Shown piece by piece: positions 61,114-64,000 of a DNA stretch of 64,000 nucleotides (position 1 is the first letter of the stretch; each line of letters begins with the position of its first letter). The notes under the pieces are model-generated. The model was not told where the DNA came from, did no database searches, and saw only the letters and a list, made by a program, of their open reading frames with translations. Source of the DNA: an uncultured Rickettsiales bacterium (GTDB lineage Bacteria; Pseudomonadota; Alphaproteobacteria; Rickettsiales; RGZB01); contig CAYXPR010000009.1 of NCBI GenBank assembly GCA_964467255.1, positions 15,139-79,138 of the forward strand, read 5' to 3'. The position numbers and the translations under genes were made by a program.

Positions 61114-61965
61114 CTATTCCTGCGTTTTTTTCTTGAGGGGGTTCGGGCGCTTCCCCTGCTTAATTTCAATCCAGCGGCGGATGAGCTCCGGCGGCTTGCC
61201 GCGATAGAAGTGTTCAGCGATGCCTAGCAAGGTCCGTAAATCCGAGCGGTCCATCAGCTCATCATCGGAAATCAGATATTCCTCCGGCACCTCGCAGCGC
61301 ACCTGATGGTTGCGCTTGGCCATGGCCACCATCCAACTGAATTCGCTGCTTTTTGAGTATTCCTCGGCAAAGGCCTTTACCTTTTCGCAGGGCATATTTT
61401 CGCTGCGCATCAGCTGGTATTTTTCCATCGGCGTATCGGCGTGTTCGTAGAGATACAATATGCCCTTTTCCGGTGTGTAAGGGTTGTTTGCAAGGGCTTC
61501 AAACAGGGTGGGGCTGCATTGGGCGATGTGCTTGGTGGCAATAGATTCGAGCACCGTGGGCGGTGTTTGGTAGTTCTGCGCCAGCCGGATGGTGGCAATC
61601 ACGTGGTTGTTGAATAGTATAAAGCCAAAGATTGCGGTGAGGACGGCAGGCACTGCGATGCGCACCCAGCGCGGGGCGGAGACGGGTGCTTTGCGGAGCT
61701 TTGCAACAATCGCGGCGATTAAAAAACTAACTGCAAAAGTGACCAGAAGCCCAAGTGCAATATGGTACATGCTGGCAAAAATATTACCCGCCCCTGCTTT
61801 GGCGAACATACCAATCGAGAACACGCCCGAGAGCAAGCCACCCGCAAAACCGATGACGACCGGTGTGCCGCGTTTATAGTAAACCCAGTAGAACCCCATC
61901 AGCAAAAGCGTGATGGGCAGCAGGGCAACGCCATTGATAAAACCAAGCAATGTATCGAGTGTCAT
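61114..61965 (-). CDS. hypothetical membrane protein inserted between purL and purQ
   Basis: Four to five N-terminal TM helices, then a ~150-aa soluble domain. ORF 61114..62001 trimmed to ATG 61965, though the start is uncertain. Confidence 0.5.
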   Translation of the reverse strand: MTLDTLLGFINGVALLPITLLLMGFYWVYYKRGTPVVIGFAGGLLSGVFSIGMFAKAGAGNIFASMYHIALGLLVTFAVSFLIAAIVAKLRKAPVSAPRWVRIAVPAVLTAIFGFILFNNHVIATIRLAQNYQTPPTVLESIATKHIAQCSPTLFEALANNPYTPEKGILYLYEHADTPMEKYQLMRSENMPCEKVKAFAEEYSKSSEFSWMVAMAKRNHQVRCEVPEEYLISDDELMDRSDLRTLLGIAEHFYRGKPPELIRRWIEIKQGKRPNPLKKKTQE

Positions 61966-62033
61966 ACCGCTGATTATCCGCCGCCACGGCAGGCTTGGCA
62001 AGTGGATTTATAGCCTTGTAATAAAGGGGGAAT

Positions 62034-62723
62034 TTAGGCGAATTTAGCCACGAGTGCGTCAAACAGATGTTTGCCATCCGTGCCGCCCACGGCTTCTTCT
62101 GCAAGGCGTTCGGGGTGCGGCATCATGCCGAGCACGTTTTTCTTTTTATTGAAGAGGCCTGCGATGCTGTTCATTGCGCCGTTTGGGTTGGTGTTGTCGT
62201 TCACTGTGCCCTTAGCATCGCAATAACGGAAGGCGACAAGGCCGCCATCTTCAATCGATTTCAGCGTTGCGTCATCGACAAAATAATTGCCATCGTGATG
62301 CGCCACCGGAATGGTGATAACTTGACCTTTTGTGTATTTGGAAGTGAATGCACTGTCGGCATTTTCGACCTTCAGCTGCAAATCGCGGCAGATGAATTTC
62401 AGTTTTTTATTCCGCAGCAATGCACCCGGAAGAAGCTGCGTTTCGGTGAGCACCTGAAACCCGTTGCATACGCCGAGCACATAGCCGCCTTTTTCAGCGA
62501 AGCTTTTGACTTCGCGCATGATGGGCGATTGCGCGGCAATCGCGCCGCAGCGTAAATAATCGCCATATGAAAAGCCGCCCGGCACAGCCACTACATCGAG
62601 CTTCGGCAGCGTGGTTTCACGGTGCCAAATCATCGCTGGTTTTTCACCCGTGGCGCGGTGCAGCGCATCCGCCATGTCGCGGTCGCAGTTAGAGCCGGGG
62701 AATACGATGACGCCTGCTTTCAT
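62034..62723 (-). CDS. purQ: phosphoribosylformylglycinamidine synthase subunit PurQ (glutaminase)
   Basis: 'GVCNGFQVL' (nucleophile Cys) and 'MMPHPER'. 229 aa. Confidence 0.95.
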   Translation of the reverse strand: MKAGVIVFPGSNCDRDMADALHRATGEKPAMIWHRETTLPKLDVVAVPGGFSYGDYLRCGAIAAQSPIMREVKSFAEKGGYVLGVCNGFQVLTETQLLPGALLRNKKLKFICRDLQLKVENADSAFTSKYTKGQVITIPVAHHDGNYFVDDATLKSIEDGGLVAFRYCDAKGTVNDNTNPNGAMNSIAGLFNKKKNVLGMMPHPERLAEEAVGGTDGKHLFDALVAKFA

Positions 62724-62735
62724 GTGTTGTAGGCC

Positions 62736-62981
62736 TTACTTCTTTTCCAGTTCCACGCGGTAATTTTCGACCACCGTGTTGGCGAGGAGTTTTTCGCACA
62801 TGTCTTTGAGTTTTTTCTCGGCTGCACCGCTGTCTTTTTCATCGAGCTCAATTTCGATGAACTTGCCTTGGCGTACGCCCTTGATGCCGGCAAAACCAAG
62901 ATTGCCCAGCGCGCCTTCCACGGCTTTGCCTTGCGGGTCGAGCACCCCGTTTTTTAGGGTGATGTATACATTTGCTTTCAT
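62736..62981 (-). CDS. purS: phosphoribosylformylglycinamidine synthase subunit PurS
   Basis: 'MKANVYITLKNGVLDPQGKAVEGAL' is a canonical PurS N-terminus. ORF 62736..63083 trimmed to ATG 62981. Confidence 0.9.
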   Translation of the reverse strand: MKANVYITLKNGVLDPQGKAVEGALGNLGFAGIKGVRQGKFIEIELDEKDSGAAEKKLKDMCEKLLANTVVENYRVELEKK

Positions 62982-62991
62982 GAGCGCCTCG

Positions 62992-63828
62992 TTATTTTTT
63001 CGTCGGTTTAGCCGGTTTTTTTGCTGCCGGTTTTTTCGCGCCGGGCGTAGGTACGGTCGGCTTCTTTTTGCCGCCGCCATCAATCGGCGTGAGCGGGTTC
63101 GGGTCTACGAGCACACCTAAGCGCCGCGCGACTTCCTGATAGGCCTCGCCGACTTTGCCGAGGTCCTGACGGAAACGGTCTTTGTCGAGCTTCTCGCCGG
63201 TTTTTGTATCCCACAGGCGGCAATTATCAGGGCTGATTTCATCGGCCACGATGATGTAGGCATTGCCTTCTTCATCGTAAATGCGGCCGAATTCCAGTTT
63301 GAAATCCACCAGCTTGAGGCCAGCACCCAAGAACAGGCCGGAGAGGAAATCATTCACGCGGTAGGACATGGATTTAATGTAATCCAGTTCGTCTTCGCCG
63401 CTCATCCACTGGAAGAACAACATGTGTTCTTCGCTCACCATCGGGTCGCCCAGCTCGTCGCTTTTCAGGTAAAATTCAATGAGCGGTTTGGGTAGCGGCA
63501 GGCCTTCTTCCACGCCGAAACGTTTGCACAGGCTGCCCGCGGTTACATTACGAACCACGACTTCCACCGGAATAATTTCAGCGGCTTTCACCAGCTGTTC
63601 GCGCATGTTGAGCGCTTTGATAAAGTGCGTGTCGATGCCGATTTCTTCAAGGCGCGTCATGATGTATTCGCTGATGCGGTTGTTCAGCACACCCTTGCCC
63701 GAAATCGTGCCTTTTTTCTGATTGTTAAAGGCCGTTGCGTCGTCTTTAAAATACTGGATGATGGTGCCCGGATCCGGACCTTCAAACAGAATCTTGGCTT
63801 TGCCTTCGTAGAGCTTACGACGTGTCAT
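62992..63828 (-). CDS. purC: phosphoribosylaminoimidazole-succinocarboxamide synthase, with a Lys/Pro/Ala-rich C-terminal tail
   Basis: '[10 protein letters not shown]', '[10 protein letters not shown]' and '[13 protein letters not shown]'. The last ~35 aa, '[37 protein letters not shown]', extend beyond the usual PurC length. Confidence 0.95.
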   Translation of the reverse strand: MTRRKLYEGKAKILFEGPDPGTIIQYFKDDATAFNNQKKGTISGKGVLNNRISEYIMTRLEEIGIDTHFIKALNMREQLVKAAEIIPVEVVVRNVTAGSLCKRFGVEEGLPLPKPLIEFYLKSDELGDPMVSEEHMLFFQWMSGEDELDYIKSMSYRVNDFLSGLFLGAGLKLVDFKLEFGRIYDEEGNAYIIVADEISPDNCRLWDTKTGEKLDKDRFRQDLGKVGEAYQEVARRLGVLVDPNPLTPIDGGGKKKPTVPTPGAKKPAAKKPAKPTKK

Positions 63829-64000
63829 GCGTGTCTAACTTTCTACCCCTTCAAAAGGGGTTTACTTGCTTTTTGAGTGATTTTTCGCTAGCTATTTCTG
63901 TCCGCTCGCGCTATTTGAATAGCGCAAATCCTGCGGCGGGTAAATAGCCGATTAACGGCAGGATATAAAAAATCACTAGAAATCACCCATTTAGGTAGTG

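Noticed and set aside
63829-64000. Purine or ZTP riboswitch upstream of purC.
   Set aside because: I could not find the conserved ZTP (GGGUCGUGAC...CCGCCUGGGCA) or purine-riboswitch junction sequences on either strand. Only simple hairpins are present.

Overview
The window is 64 kb of chromosomal DNA at roughly 55-60% GC (hand-counted on a few lines only), tightly packed with about 60 genes. Gene content and synteny suggest an alphaproteobacterium: class I LysRS, divergent argH/tlpA followed by a micro-lipoprotein and lysA, uvrC-pgsA, purC-purS-purQ-x-purL, and a TrxR-like ferredoxin-NADP reductase next to folD. This placement is inference, since no rRNA or search result is available. Most genes are housekeeping or envelope functions: an RND efflux pair, a dTDP-rhamnose (rfbBADC) glycan cluster, ExbB-ExbD-ExbD-TonB, a beta-oxidation operon, lysK, folD, comF, uvrC, pgsA, ilvE and pur genes. 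I found no rRNA, tRNA, CRISPR array, IS or transposase, or integrase. The main finding is in the intergenic DNA. There are five perfect TTAA-N7-TTAA(C) motifs, the established CtrA-box type. All five are intergenic, in sense orientation, and 30-48 nt upstream of a start codon. Four of them precede unknown or lineage-specific genes: a 1000-aa poly-HTH protein and orphans of 257, 429 and 338 aa, each placed directly behind a housekeeping gene. This suggests a co-regulated set of uncharacterised proteins scattered through core operons. Other items worth a second look are:
- a translationally coupled pair of a FliK-like protein and a cysteine-less QueF-like protein, outside any flagellar context
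- a compact triad of DnaA boxes plus an AT-rich tract upstream of uvrC
- two paralogous small secreted Cys-rich proteins
- a GT2::SDR fusion in the rhamnose cluster
- an orphan gene embedded in the beta-oxidation operon
- a response regulator whose downstream partner is not a kinase
- a 35-aa lipoprotein gene missing from the ORF track
All family calls rest on motifs recognised by eye in the translations. None was verified by a search.
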